Positions 52,677 to 61,743 of a stretch of DNA of 64,000 nucleotides are shown here, one piece after another. The position numbers and the translations under genes are program-made. The DNA comes from a virus. Below the pieces are notes generated by a model that saw only the letters and a program-made list of their open reading frames with translations, had not been told where the DNA came from and ran no database searches. Location of the stretch: positions 1 through 64,000 of IMG/VR virus record IMGVR_UViG_3300042934_000426; one strand, written 5' to 3'. The stretch's first letter is position 1; each line of letters opens with the position of its first letter.

Positions 52677-54461
52677 CTATATCAGGTCTAGTAAGTCTTG
52701 TGGTGAGCTGAAGAGCTTCTTCATCACTACCTCGTCTTCGTCTACGATGGCTTTGAAGAGCTCCCGCTTGTTCTCTAGGATTTCGAGCTTCTTCTCTTCG
52801 TAGCTTCCTTCGGTAATCATGTTAATAGCGGTGACGGCTGACTTCACCCCGTTACGGTGGGCACGGGCATAAATTTGTTCCATCTTTTGCGGGTTGAATA
52901 GCTGGTCATAGCATATCACATATGACCCCATAGAAAGGTCTAGCCCGTAGTTACCAGCGGTGGTCATCAGCACACATTGAATGTCCCCGTTTTGGAATTC
53001 ATTCTGAATCCGTCCTGTTTCGGTCGCTTTCAGTCCACCTTTGATGTAGCCAATTTGCTCCTTCCGAAGTCCTAACTTTTCATTGCTGGTTAGCCATGTG
53101 TAAAGTATGTCTGTCATTTCCTTGTATTGGCTGAACAGGATAAACTTGTGGCGGTGTGGGTCAAGGTCAACAATAATATCGCCTAGGGCGTTCATTTTTC
53201 CGCTTTCTTCAGGTAAGTTCGAATTTTCCATCACCTTCCGAAGTAGGGCTGGTGAATCGCATACTTGCTGAAGGCGGGTAATTTGCGCTAGTGCTTCCAG
53301 GTAGGAAAACTCGCTTCCTTGCTCTTTCGCGATTTCTAGGATTCCGTCTTTTACTTGCTTATACAGTCGTTGTTGTTCCTTCGTCATTTTAACCGAATAG
53401 TTAACCACGGATAGTGGTGGTAGGTCAGGTAGTGCGTCCGCTTTCGACTTCCGAAGCATGATAGGTTCTAGGCGCTTCGTCAGCTCACTAATCATTTGGG
53501 GCTTTGGTGCAACAGGTTTTCCAAAGAAGTCCATTTCTACATAGCGGTCTAGGAACTTGTAGTAAGTACCTAAGATACCAGGTCGGCAAAAATCGGTTAG
53601 TGTCCATAGTTCTTGAATGTTATTTTCAAGCGGTGTTCCTGTTCCCAGGATTTTACGACCCGCTGGTTTCAGCTTCTTAATCAAGTTCTTCGTCGTTTGT
53701 GCCTTCGGGTTCTTAATACGATGGGCTTCGTCTAGGATAACCAACCAGCGTCCATCTACAGGTGGGATAATGTCCATATCCCGAAGGAAGAGCTCATAGT
53801 TCATAATCGTCACATCAGCCCCATATTCGTATTGCTGATATTGCACTTCACGAAGCTTTGCACCTGTCAGCTTCTCCTTCGTACCGTCTTCCCATTCGAC
53901 CGTTTCCCGCTTGTCACCGTCAATCACGACATATTCCAGCGACGTCCATTTTTTGACTTCCTTTTCCCAGGTGGAATACTTCAAAGGTGACGGGCATACC
54001 ACCAATAGATAATCGACTAATCCTTTGTTCTTCCAATCGACGAAGCTCGCTAGCCCCGTGAGTGATTTTCCTAATCCCATATCGAAGGCTAGGATAGCAC
54101 CCTCTCCGTCTTCGAGCGTATCCAGGAACGCCTTCCCTACCGCCTGGTACGGGTAAAGCTCTCCTTTTAATCCTTTGATTTTTCCGCTTACTTTCTTTTC
54201 GTCAATGCTTTTCACGGCTACCGCTTTTTGCTGACGGTCTTTTAAGTCCTTGAATACTTGCTTGACAGCTGGTGCAATTTCTAACGAAGGCATAATACGC
54301 AAAGCGTCTTCGGTTGATTCTAATGGGATTTCCCAGCGTTTCGCTGAACGCTCCCAGGCTGACCCAGGGATTGCACGAATCAAGTCTTTATAGCTGAATG
54401 TCTTTCCAGCGAAATAAAGTGTTTTGCTACTGCCTTCTGATAACTGTAAACTGATTGTCAT
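52677..54461 (-). CDS. SNF2-family helicase
   Basis: LYPYQ, DMGLGKS, ILDEAH, TGTPLEN, FSQY, GLDL, QIYARAHR. Confidence 0.93.
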   Translation of the reverse strand: MTISLQLSEGSSKTLYFAGKTFSYKDLIRAIPGSAWERSAKRWEIPLESTEDALRIMPSLEIAPAVKQVFKDLKDRQQKAVAVKSIDEKKVSGKIKGLKGELYPYQAVGKAFLDTLEDGEGAILAFDMGLGKSLTGLASFVDWKNKGLVDYLLVVCPSPLKYSTWEKEVKKWTSLEYVVIDGDKRETVEWEDGTKEKLTGAKLREVQYQQYEYGADVTIMNYELFLRDMDIIPPVDGRWLVILDEAHRIKNPKAQTTKNLIKKLKPAGRKILGTGTPLENNIQELWTLTDFCRPGILGTYYKFLDRYVEMDFFGKPVAPKPQMISELTKRLEPIMLRKSKADALPDLPPLSVVNYSVKMTKEQQRLYKQVKDGILEIAKEQGSEFSYLEALAQITRLQQVCDSPALLRKVMENSNLPEESGKMNALGDIIVDLDPHRHKFILFSQYKEMTDILYTWLTSNEKLGLRKEQIGYIKGGLKATETGRIQNEFQNGDIQCVLMTTAGNYGLDLSMGSYVICYDQLFNPQKMEQIYARAHRNGVKSAVTAINMITEGSYEEKKLEILENKRELFKAIVDEDEVVMKKLFSSPQDLLDLI

Positions 54462-54470
54462 ATGTGACAC

Positions 54471-54539
54471 GCTCCTTTTGTTTTGGGGGTTCTATCCCCT
54501 CATGATTAACATACATACGCTTTTATTCTTTCTCTACGC
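54471..54539 (-). promoter_or_regulatory. Repeated promoter-hairpin-RBS cassette
   Basis: GCGTAGAGAAAGAATAAAAGCGTATGTATGTTAATCATGAGGGG. Confidence 0.75.
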
Positions 54540-54759
54540 TGGAATAATCCTTCTCTACGATACCCTTCAGGTATTGGTAATAGAAGTTTTTCCAGCCACC
54601 ACGCTTCGGATAAGTAAGCACCGTTATATTGCCCTTCCGAACCACGACTTCCTTTAGTACGGGTTCGGTTCGTATATCGAAGCCAGCGGTTATTAATACC
54701 CGAACACATTCCATTTTGTAGTCGTACCACGTCCAACTAGGCTTCGGCTCCTTAATCAT
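54523..54759 (-). CDS. Hypothetical protein
   Basis: 78-aa ORF ending inside the cassette. Confidence 0.5.
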   Translation of the reverse strand: MIKEPKPSWTWYDYKMECVRVLITAGFDIRTEPVLKEVVVRKGNITVLTYPKRGGWKNFYYQYLKGIVEKDYSSVEKE

Positions 54760-55273
54760 ACTGATTCACCAGGCTTCGGAAGACTACTAGGTGCTTTTTA
54801 TACCGTTCTAATCGCTCTTCTAGGTCTACTTTCTTTTTATTCAATCGATTGTAATATCCTGGTGGTACAGGTGATGGTCTAAAGGTAGTCAAGTTACGTT
54901 CTGTATATTGAATGGATTCTTTACACGCTTCAATTTTGCTTTCTAGGTTACGAATTGCCCATTGTATTGCTTCCTTTTGTTCCCCGTCCAGTCCATAGTT
55001 TATCATGCTTCCCAGCTCCTTTTTGCCTTCTTCCGAAGGTTCTTCAATGGTAATGACTAAAGCATAATCGAAGTCAGGCTTCAATTCGATTTTCTTACCT
55101 GTGTCGATAACGTGTAAAAACTTCTTGCCGTCTTCTTTGACGATTTCACCGTCCCATACGCCATTATCCACACTAAACTTCGTTCCGACGGAAAGCATAT
55201 ACATATCAGTGGTTGTGCCAAAATAACGCCCGTTACTATCGGGTAATTTATATATAAATTTGCTTCTGTCCAT
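54752..55273 (-). CDS. Hypothetical protein (likely two fused genes)
   Basis: Internal in-frame GGAGCTGG-N5-ATG at 55006. Confidence 0.6.
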   Translation of the reverse strand: MDRSKFIYKLPDSNGRYFGTTTDMYMLSVGTKFSVDNGVWDGEIVKEDGKKFLHVIDTGKKIELKPDFDYALVITIEEPSEEGKKELGSMINYGLDGEQKEAIQWAIRNLESKIEACKESIQYTERNLTTFRPSPVPPGYYNRLNKKKVDLEERLERYKKHLVVFRSLVNQYD

Positions 55274-55351
55274 TTCGCCAGCTCCTTTTCACTTAGTATA
55301 CCACAACTTTGACTAAATATGAACAACTTCGTTCAAGTAAAAAGCTGGGTA

Positions 55352-55624
55352 TTAACCCAGCCCGCCTTCGCCATTATAAGGGTTTTCGTCTGTACTTAAT
55401 GGATTATAGGGCAAGACCTCACACCGCCATACATACGTACGGCTGATAAAGCTCATTCCTTGTGACGGTACGACTTCGAAGTCATCATTCTCTTCTAGTA
55501 CGTGGGTCAGTACAAAGCTCGTTGCCGTTTCCTGGGTCAATACCCCTACAATATGTGTCGGCATAAGCGACCCTTCGGTCTGTGGTACTAAGTGCAATCG
55601 CACCCATGTTTCAGGTTGGTTCAT
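55352..55624 (-). CDS. Hypothetical protein
   Basis: GGAGCTG RBS. Confidence 0.6.
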   Translation of the reverse strand: MNQPETWVRLHLVPQTEGSLMPTHIVGVLTQETATSFVLTHVLEENDDFEVVPSQGMSFISRTYVWRCEVLPYNPLSTDENPYNGEGGLG

Positions 55625-55865
55625 TATTTTCAGCTCCTTCGATTATTTTCGGTGACCGTCCTGTTAAGGTCAGCACCCATTCCAGGAAGTCAGGGTCACC
55701 AGGAACTAGGTCAAACCGTTCCTGTACCTTTTTCATTTCCTTTGTGTAGGTTTCACGGTCGATTTCACATAGCTCTAGTTGGCTCGGTATTTCTCCGAAT
55801 AACTCCATCATAAAGACTTCGAAGGCAACTGTCACTCTACTTTTTTCCTCTGTCATAGTCTTCAT
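55611..55865 (-). CDS. Hypothetical protein
   Basis: Translationally coupled ORF. Confidence 0.55.
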   Translation of the reverse strand: MKTMTEEKSRVTVAFEVFMMELFGEIPSQLELCEIDRETYTKEMKKVQERFDLVPGDPDFLEWVLTLTGRSPKIIEGAENNEPT

Positions 55866-56584
55866 TCCTTCCCGAATATACCGTTATCAACGGCAATGTA
55901 AAAATCCTTCGTACTCATAGAACATCCACAGCATTTACGATAACCCGTCCAGGCATGGTAGTGAAAAGGTTGCCAGTCTACGCAATACCCACAATAAAGG
56001 GCTTCTTTATTGCTTGGTTTTGCTTCCACTAGGTTCCGAAGTTTAGCTTCGTCTAGGCGCATTTGAAGCTTCTTCGGTAGAACGCTAGGCTTTAGTAAGG
56101 TGATGAATCGGTCTTCGGAAGCCCCTTTATTCAGGCGCTTGAAAAGGTCTTGCTTCGCCTTGTATGACAGCTCCCTCATTTGGAATACGCTTACTTGCTC
56201 TTCATGCTTCACAGGTTCGTCGGGCGACGTCGTTCTTGTATGAGCTGGTCTAGGTTCGGCTGGTGGATTTGGGCGTTCGCTGGTAACAATAGGCTTCGAA
56301 GCTTCTGTGCTCTTTCTTGCTTCAGGCTTTTGCTTTGGTTCTTGTTTGATAGCTTGCTTGACTTCTTCCTTCTTGCCATTTGCTTTCTTCCCTTCAGTGG
56401 TCTTCGGAAGCTTAACTGGCGGTGCTGGGCGTGCTGGTGTCTTTTTAGTTGCCACGGTAGCGGGTGTTGCGGTCTTCTTTGATTGCACTTCGGAAGTCTT
56501 CGTAGTAGTCGGTTGAGCTGGTGTAGCCGTAGTCCCAGGTACTCTTTTCTTCTTTGCGTTTTTCGTTGCGATTGTCATTGTCAT
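55862..56584 (-). CDS. Lys/Pro/Thr-rich protein with C-terminal zinc finger
   Basis: Low-complexity N-terminus; CGYC...CCGC. Confidence 0.65.
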   Translation of the reverse strand: MTMTIATKNAKKKRVPGTTATPAQPTTTKTSEVQSKKTATPATVATKKTPARPAPPVKLPKTTEGKKANGKKEEVKQAIKQEPKQKPEARKSTEASKPIVTSERPNPPAEPRPAHTRTTSPDEPVKHEEQVSVFQMRELSYKAKQDLFKRLNKGASEDRFITLLKPSVLPKKLQMRLDEAKLRNLVEAKPSNKEALYCGYCVDWQPFHYHAWTGYRKCCGCSMSTKDFYIAVDNGIFGKE

Positions 56585-56740
56585 TTCCCCCATTACATGT
56601 AATCTGATAACTGTTATATGAATCTCGTATGTGTATAGCTGTGTGCTGGTTATGTGAAGGGCTTCGCTCGACAAAAGGAGCGAAGACCCATGACACACAT
56701 TTCAAAAATATCCATCCTACGACTATCCAGAATAGGACTA

Positions 56741-57187
56741 TCATAGTTTCAGCACGGCTTCCTTGAATTCCTTGATAGCCGTCTTAATTTCCCTTCGTTG
56801 GTTCTTCGTCGAAGCGGTATGGTCGTACTCGCTAACGATTTCTTGCTCTACGTCTTCGTACATTTGCCACAGGTAAATAGCGGTACCTCGATAAAGAAAG
56901 ACGAATACGTGGTCTTTGTAGACGATTCGGTGGTTACCTTTCGCATACTCTCCGTGTATCATAGCTTCGTGCATGTTTCTACTTTTCAGCTTCCGAAGAC
57001 CGTCAATATAGACGCTCTTCGGAAATTGGTGGATAAAGCTGACCGCAAGTTTTCGAGCGGTATCAGGTTCTAACAGCTTCAAGAGGTCTTCCCTTTTTGC
57101 TCCATATATTTGAGATAAGTAAACCTGGTAACCACCAGGTTTACTTCGATAACTATTCAACGGTAATAAGCTCCCCATCACGTACAT
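56741..57187 (-). CDS. Hypothetical protein
   Basis: 148-aa ORF. Confidence 0.6.
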   Translation of the reverse strand: MYVMGSLLPLNSYRSKPGGYQVYLSQIYGAKREDLLKLLEPDTARKLAVSFIHQFPKSVYIDGLRKLKSRNMHEAMIHGEYAKGNHRIVYKDHVFVFLYRGTAIYLWQMYEDVEQEIVSEYDHTASTKNQRREIKTAIKEFKEAVLKL

Positions 57188-58478
57188 ACACCCCTTTGTT
57201 AAAGTCGATTTGGTGACGCTTCGCCTGATAGGTAATCGTCGCTGGTGTCTTTCCGAAGTGCTCCGCTACCGCCTTCATGGAACCTAATTCCCGATAAAGC
57301 GTGATAATGTCTTCAGGGTTATCGTGGCTTCGAAGTCTTTGGTTCTTCACTTCTACCGCTACGATTTTTGCCTTCGGCTTCTTTGGTGTTTTTGGTTCTT
57401 CCGTTTTCACTTTTTTCGTCCCCTTCGGCTTCTTTGGTGCTTTAGGCTTTTCTTCCGAAGCTTGCTTTTCTTGCTCTTGTTCGATTTCCTTTACTTCTTC
57501 ATTGTTCACTTCGTCAGGCACGACTTCAGCGGTGTTATAGGCTATCCAATGAGTATACCCCTCTTTGTAAGCGTTATGACCTTTTTGGTACGTCCCTTCT
57601 TGTGCTTCGGTGATAGGCTCAGTCGATGTCCCTTTATGCTCTTCGATAAAGAATTCCTTTTCGTCCTTGGACTTGAATTTTTCGAAGTAGCGATAAGAGG
57701 CGCGCATATTCTTTTCAATCGCGTCTTCTCCTGGCTTCTCGACGTGTGACTGTGTTACCTGAATGACTTTCCCACCCTTCGGTACTTCAATATAAGGGGT
57801 ATCACAAACCATACACACCGCATGAATCTGACGTGTGCACCATACCGTAATACGGTGACCATTCGAAGCCACACAACGACAAATGAACTTACGGTTATAG
57901 CTTTGTGGTTCAGGCATTTTGGCTATATTCCCATAGCATTGAGCGCCTTTTGCGGGAATTCCTACAATTTGCGCGTAATCTTTGAAATCTTTGTTATGCC
58001 AATCTTTCGGGCGCTTCTTTTGGTTCTCTGTCGGTTCTTCACCAGGCTTCGCATATAACACTTCGTCTTGCCATTGGTGAATCATTTCGTGTCGAAGCGT
58101 TTCTAGGATTCGCTCTTCCGTATTTAATACGATGAAGTTTCGGTTAAAGCGAATATGACGCTCAATCCCCATATTATCGGTGCCTGGCGTGTAGTTGCCT
58201 AATGTCTTATTAGAAAGCTTATCAATGGTAATCAGAGGGTAAGATAATTGACCCTTGAAGTATTCTCTATTGTAGTCTTCCCACTTCTTATAAAGAAGCC
58301 CTAAGAATTCATTTTCCTTCGTTAGAAGCCCCATTAGCGCCTTCTTTAGCGTTTCTTGGTCTACTTCGATAATCTCCTGTTCGTCAGGCTTTTGTAGGAT
58401 GGTACCATCCCCTAAGTCCACTTCCACCATATCGACTACTTGTTCGACTTCTTTCTTTTTCCCTTTCGTTTTAGCCAT
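57153..58478 (-). CDS. SprT-like zinc metalloprotease domain protein
   Basis: NREYF.GQL...LG...ETLRHEMIHQWQ...H.KDFK; zinc ribbon; C-terminal HTH-like segment. Confidence 0.8.
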   Translation of the reverse strand: MAKTKGKKKEVEQVVDMVEVDLGDGTILQKPDEQEIIEVDQETLKKALMGLLTKENEFLGLLYKKWEDYNREYFKGQLSYPLITIDKLSNKTLGNYTPGTDNMGIERHIRFNRNFIVLNTEERILETLRHEMIHQWQDEVLYAKPGEEPTENQKKRPKDWHNKDFKDYAQIVGIPAKGAQCYGNIAKMPEPQSYNRKFICRCVASNGHRITVWCTRQIHAVCMVCDTPYIEVPKGGKVIQVTQSHVEKPGEDAIEKNMRASYRYFEKFKSKDEKEFFIEEHKGTSTEPITEAQEGTYQKGHNAYKEGYTHWIAYNTAEVVPDEVNNEEVKEIEQEQEKQASEEKPKAPKKPKGTKKVKTEEPKTPKKPKAKIVAVEVKNQRLRSHDNPEDIITLYRELGSMKAVAEHFGKTPATITYQAKRHQIDFNKGVYVRDGELITVE

Positions 58479-58811
58479 GTTCAGCCAGCTCCTTGTATTT
58501 TATTTTAGGGGGCTTTCGCCCCTTCTAAGTGTAGTATACGCTTCCGAAGTATTTTTTATTCCTTCGTTGCATTTGCTTTAATGAAAGACATAGAACCTTG
58601 TACAACCAATAACGTAGGTAAATGTGACGTGCTACCCTTCGGTTCACGAATAGCCGTTTCAAGTTCTTTTTCTAATTGTTTCCATGCCTTTTCGTAATCG
58701 ACCATATACCCCCACCCCCTCAACTCCGTTTTTGGTTCTAAAATTAGTATACAACAATGAACAACAATTTACAAGCGTAAACATTTACCACCTCCTTTTC
58801 AGGCAAAAAAT

Positions 58812-59000
58812 TTTGGGAAATCGCCTATTACGTATCAACTCGTACGTAATACTCAATGACACACGCTATAGTGTCTATCTGAAAAATTTTTTATTTTTCT
58901 CTCCGCTGATAAAAAATAAAAAAATAAATTTTTGAAAATCAAAACCCTTGTGACACCACTACTACGTACCAACTCGTACGTAATAGAAGGTTTCCCATTT
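58812..59000. repeat. Paired-palindrome locus 2 (candidate origin or recombination site)
   Basis: Cores CTATTACGTAT-CAACTC-GTACGTAATAC (58825-58852) and CTACTACGTAC-CAACTC-GTACGTAATAG (58959-58986); outer GGGAAA/TTTCCC arms; A/T tract between. Confidence 0.85.
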
Positions 59001-59114
59001 CATTTTTGACTTATTAGGTGTTTTTTCTCTTATTTTGTGAATGTTTTCACTTAACAAATAAGGAAATTTTAGGCTATTATTTTCCTAAAATTCCCATCAT
59101 ATACCCCCTAGGGA

Positions 59115-59816
59115 TTACTGTTCGAATACTTCAGCTTGTGACTTCGGAATCCATCTTTCGAATTTTTGATTATTCAGTTTCTTTACAAACTGTTGGCGCA
59201 CCTTCTTTCGTTCTGCCTTCGACATACCTAAGACACCCGCTGGGTCATAGGGAATACCTAACCTATCCGCACACGTCGCACCGAAGCCTGTAACCATGCT
59301 AGCGGGCTCAGTGAGTTGCTTCGAACAACGAGCACAAAAGGTCATATCGGTTAGCATATCTGCATAGCCTTCGACTAACCAGGCTTTTGCGGATTCCGCT
59401 TTGACCTTCCCTGTAATGATACGGCTGTCAATTCCTAGGCTCTTCATAAGGAACGGCTTGATTTTAAGTGTGATGGTCGGGTAGTTACCAGCTTCGGAAG
59501 CCTTCTTCTTTTCTTCGTTTTGCTTCGTCCATTCTTTTTCACGTTCCATACACTTGCGAACCGCATTAGCCATGTTATCTGTGAATACAGCGCCTTCGTC
59601 ATGCTTTGCTTTCATATCCAATAGAAATTGAAACGGTTTTGTTTTCTTCGAAGCTTCTGTTAAGAATGTTCCGAATTCTTCGATTTGTTTTTGGTACGCT
59701 CCATTTAACTTCGCTTTTTCCATATCCTTCGTATAAGCGTCTGTAAGTGCCTTATCTGCCTTTGTAACCTTTTTCGCTACTTCTTCCTTATAAGTTCTTT
59801 TCGCCTTCAATACCAT
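59115..59816 (-). CDS. DUF6011-like zinc-finger protein
   Basis: CARCSKQLTEPAS...GFGATCA. Confidence 0.7.
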   Translation of the reverse strand: MVLKAKRTYKEEVAKKVTKADKALTDAYTKDMEKAKLNGAYQKQIEEFGTFLTEASKKTKPFQFLLDMKAKHDEGAVFTDNMANAVRKCMEREKEWTKQNEEKKKASEAGNYPTITLKIKPFLMKSLGIDSRIITGKVKAESAKAWLVEGYADMLTDMTFCARCSKQLTEPASMVTGFGATCADRLGIPYDPAGVLGMSKAERKKVRQQFVKKLNNQKFERWIPKSQAEVFEQ

Positions 59817-59910
59817 GCTTCCCAGCTCCTTAAAATGGTTTTGTTTTAGGGGAGCTTTAAGGGCTCCCCTCATACTTAACATACATACGTCTTTTGTTTT
59901 GCTCTACAGC
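59817..59910 (-). promoter_or_regulatory. Repeated promoter-hairpin-RBS cassette
   Basis: TGTAGAGCAAAACAAAAGACGTATGTATGTTAAGTATGAGGGGAGC..GCTCCCCT. Confidence 0.8.
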
Positions 59911-60459
59911 TTAGAAGAAGAAGATTCCCAGGTCTTCTCTCCAATACGTGTCGTCCTGGTATGGTGTGAACATTCCTACGGCACGCTCTTTCGCTTCGAT
60001 ACCGCCATTCCACCATAGAATCGTTTGGAAGCCTTTGTACGTTCCCGAAGCGTGTAACATATCCTCTGCCGTGCGACTTAGTGTGCGGACATTCGCTTCA
60101 GCGTCTTCAGTCTTCGTGATTCCGAAGAATGGTTTGTAGTCCATATTGACCAGGTATAAGAAGTAGTCCATAGCGATAGCGTTGTACTGTGCTTTGTGCA
60201 TAAGAGCGATTCGTTGAATATCCATAGTCTTATTCTTTTTACGCTTGTTGTGACCCAGCTCGCTCATTTCACTTCTGATTTCTTGATACAGGTTGTGATT
60301 CTCTTCGATTTGACGCTTGATACGTGTTTCGAATGTTACGACGTTTCCAAAAGCTTCGGTTGTTTCTTGGCGAATCATATCCAGCACTTCGAATGAATGA
60401 ATCCCGTGATTGTTGTTTTGTGTGTCCAGGTTTTTGTAACGTAATGATGTTCTTGTCAT
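59911..60459 (-). CDS. Hypothetical early protein
   Basis: Cassette-driven ORF. Confidence 0.7.
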   Translation of the reverse strand: MTRTSLRYKNLDTQNNNHGIHSFEVLDMIRQETTEAFGNVVTFETRIKRQIEENHNLYQEIRSEMSELGHNKRKKNKTMDIQRIALMHKAQYNAIAMDYFLYLVNMDYKPFFGITKTEDAEANVRTLSRTAEDMLHASGTYKGFQTILWWNGGIEAKERAVGMFTPYQDDTYWREDLGIFFF

Positions 60460-60545
60460 TTTATCCAGCTCCTAGTTTTTATTTTGGGGAGCTTCGGAAG
60501 CTCCCTCATACTTACCATACATACGGCTTTTATTTTCCTCTACGG
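60460..60545 (-). promoter_or_regulatory. Repeated promoter-hairpin-RBS cassette
   Basis: CCGTAGAGGAAAATAAAAGCCGTATGTATGGTAAGTATGAGGGAGC. Confidence 0.8.
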
Positions 60546-60557
60546 TGCTTCGGAAGC

Positions 60558-60890
60558 CTATAAAGTCTTCACGTAGTCTAATCCATAATTGTATACAGTT
60601 ATAAGTCCATTTGTGCGTTTTTGTACCTTCACCATGATACGTTCATTGGTTACATGGATATTGAATAGGTAGCAATGGCTCTTTACGTAAGTTGTAGCAT
60701 AAGCAACGGAAATAATAAGCGTATCGTCTTTCTTTTCCTTTGTAGCCGTACCGTCAACTAAGAAATCGAGTACCGATTGAATCATTTGTTTTACTTCTTC
60801 CTTCGACTGAATCATTTTCCCTACAAATACCTTAATGAATAAGTCGTTTGCCATTTTCATAAAGTGTTTTTCTGTTATTGCTTTCATCAT
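60558..60890 (-). CDS. Hypothetical early protein
   Basis: RBS-supported ATG at 60890. Confidence 0.65.
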   Translation of the reverse strand: MMKAITEKHFMKMANDLFIKVFVGKMIQSKEEVKQMIQSVLDFLVDGTATKEKKDDTLIISVAYATTYVKSHCYLFNIHVTNERIMVKVQKRTNGLITVYNYGLDYVKTL

Positions 60891-60965
60891 AACCAGCTCC
60901 TTTTTTGTTTTAGGGGCTTTCCCCCTCATTATTACCATACATACGTCTTTTATTTTATTCTACGC
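60891..60965 (-). promoter_or_regulatory. Repeated promoter-hairpin-RBS cassette
   Basis: GCGTAGAATAAAATAAAAGACGTATGTATGGTAATAATGAGGGGG. Confidence 0.8.
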
Positions 60966-61066
60966 CCTTCGGAAGTGTATTATCCACGTCAATAAATAGA
61001 AAAAGACCCATGCCTTCAGGGGTGGCATGGGTCTTACAGGGGTATTCGGGTTAGGTTAAGTATAGC

Positions 61067-61420
61067 TTACTTTAACGCGTCTTTCAATGCCTTACCAGGT
61101 TTGAACGCTGGATATTTACCACCAGCAATTTCAAGTTCTTCGCCTGTTTGTGGATTGCGTCCCTTTCTTGCTTGACGCTCACGCACTTCGTACACGCCAT
61201 GACCTATGTAGCGTACTTTATCACCATTTTGAAGAGCACCTAAGATAAGGGACTTCTCAGCGTCTAAGATTTTACCGATAACGCCCTGAGATACTTCGAC
61301 AGGGTGGTCACCCGCTTTTAGTTCTTCCTGAATGGCTTTGACCATATCCTCTTTACCGAAAATCGTTCCTTTTGTTTCGACTACTTCTACAGGTGCTTCT
61401 ACAGCTTTTTTCTTTGCCAT
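61067..61420 (-). CDS. hup: HU-like DNA-binding protein
   Basis: GDKV...[23 protein letters not shown]...[11 protein letters not shown]. Confidence 0.93.
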   Translation of the reverse strand: MAKKKAVEAPVEVVETKGTIFGKEDMVKAIQEELKAGDHPVEVSQGVIGKILDAEKSLILGALQNGDKVRYIGHGVYEVRERQARKGRNPQTGEELEIAGGKYPAFKPGKALKDALK

Positions 61421-61518
61421 GATTCTTTATCTCCTTTGGGTCTATGCCCATATTGAATTCGGTAGCTCACCAGCTCCGTTAAGGCGACTATATCACTCTC
61501 GGATAAGCTTCGTCAATA

Positions 61519-61563
61519 GAAAAAGCTCCCGAAGCGTATTGGTGGGCTCTTCGGGAGCTTTTT
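61519..61563. terminator. Bidirectional intrinsic terminator
   Basis: AAAAAGCTCCCGAAG...CTTCGGGAGCTTTTT. Confidence 0.7.
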
Positions 61564-61743
61564 CTATTTCTTTTCCTTTTTCGGTTTCATGAAAATACCC
61601 GCAATCGCTATACCCGCTAATGTAAGGTCAGCTATAGCGTTGGTTAATTCCCCAGGTACTTCGTAGCCTGTAGCATGCTTTACTACGACGGCAAGTGCGG
61701 ATATCACAGGAATGAGTAACGCTTTATTGAATGTATGCTTCAT
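61564..61743 (-). CDS. Small holin-like membrane protein (59 aa, not in the ORF track)
   Basis: MKHTFNKALLIPVISALAVVV...LAGIAIAGIFMKPKKEKK*: two TM segments and basic tail, after the endolysin. Confidence 0.65.
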   Translation of the reverse strand: MKHTFNKALLIPVISALAVVVKHATGYEVPGELTNAIADLTLAGIAIAGIFMKPKKEKK

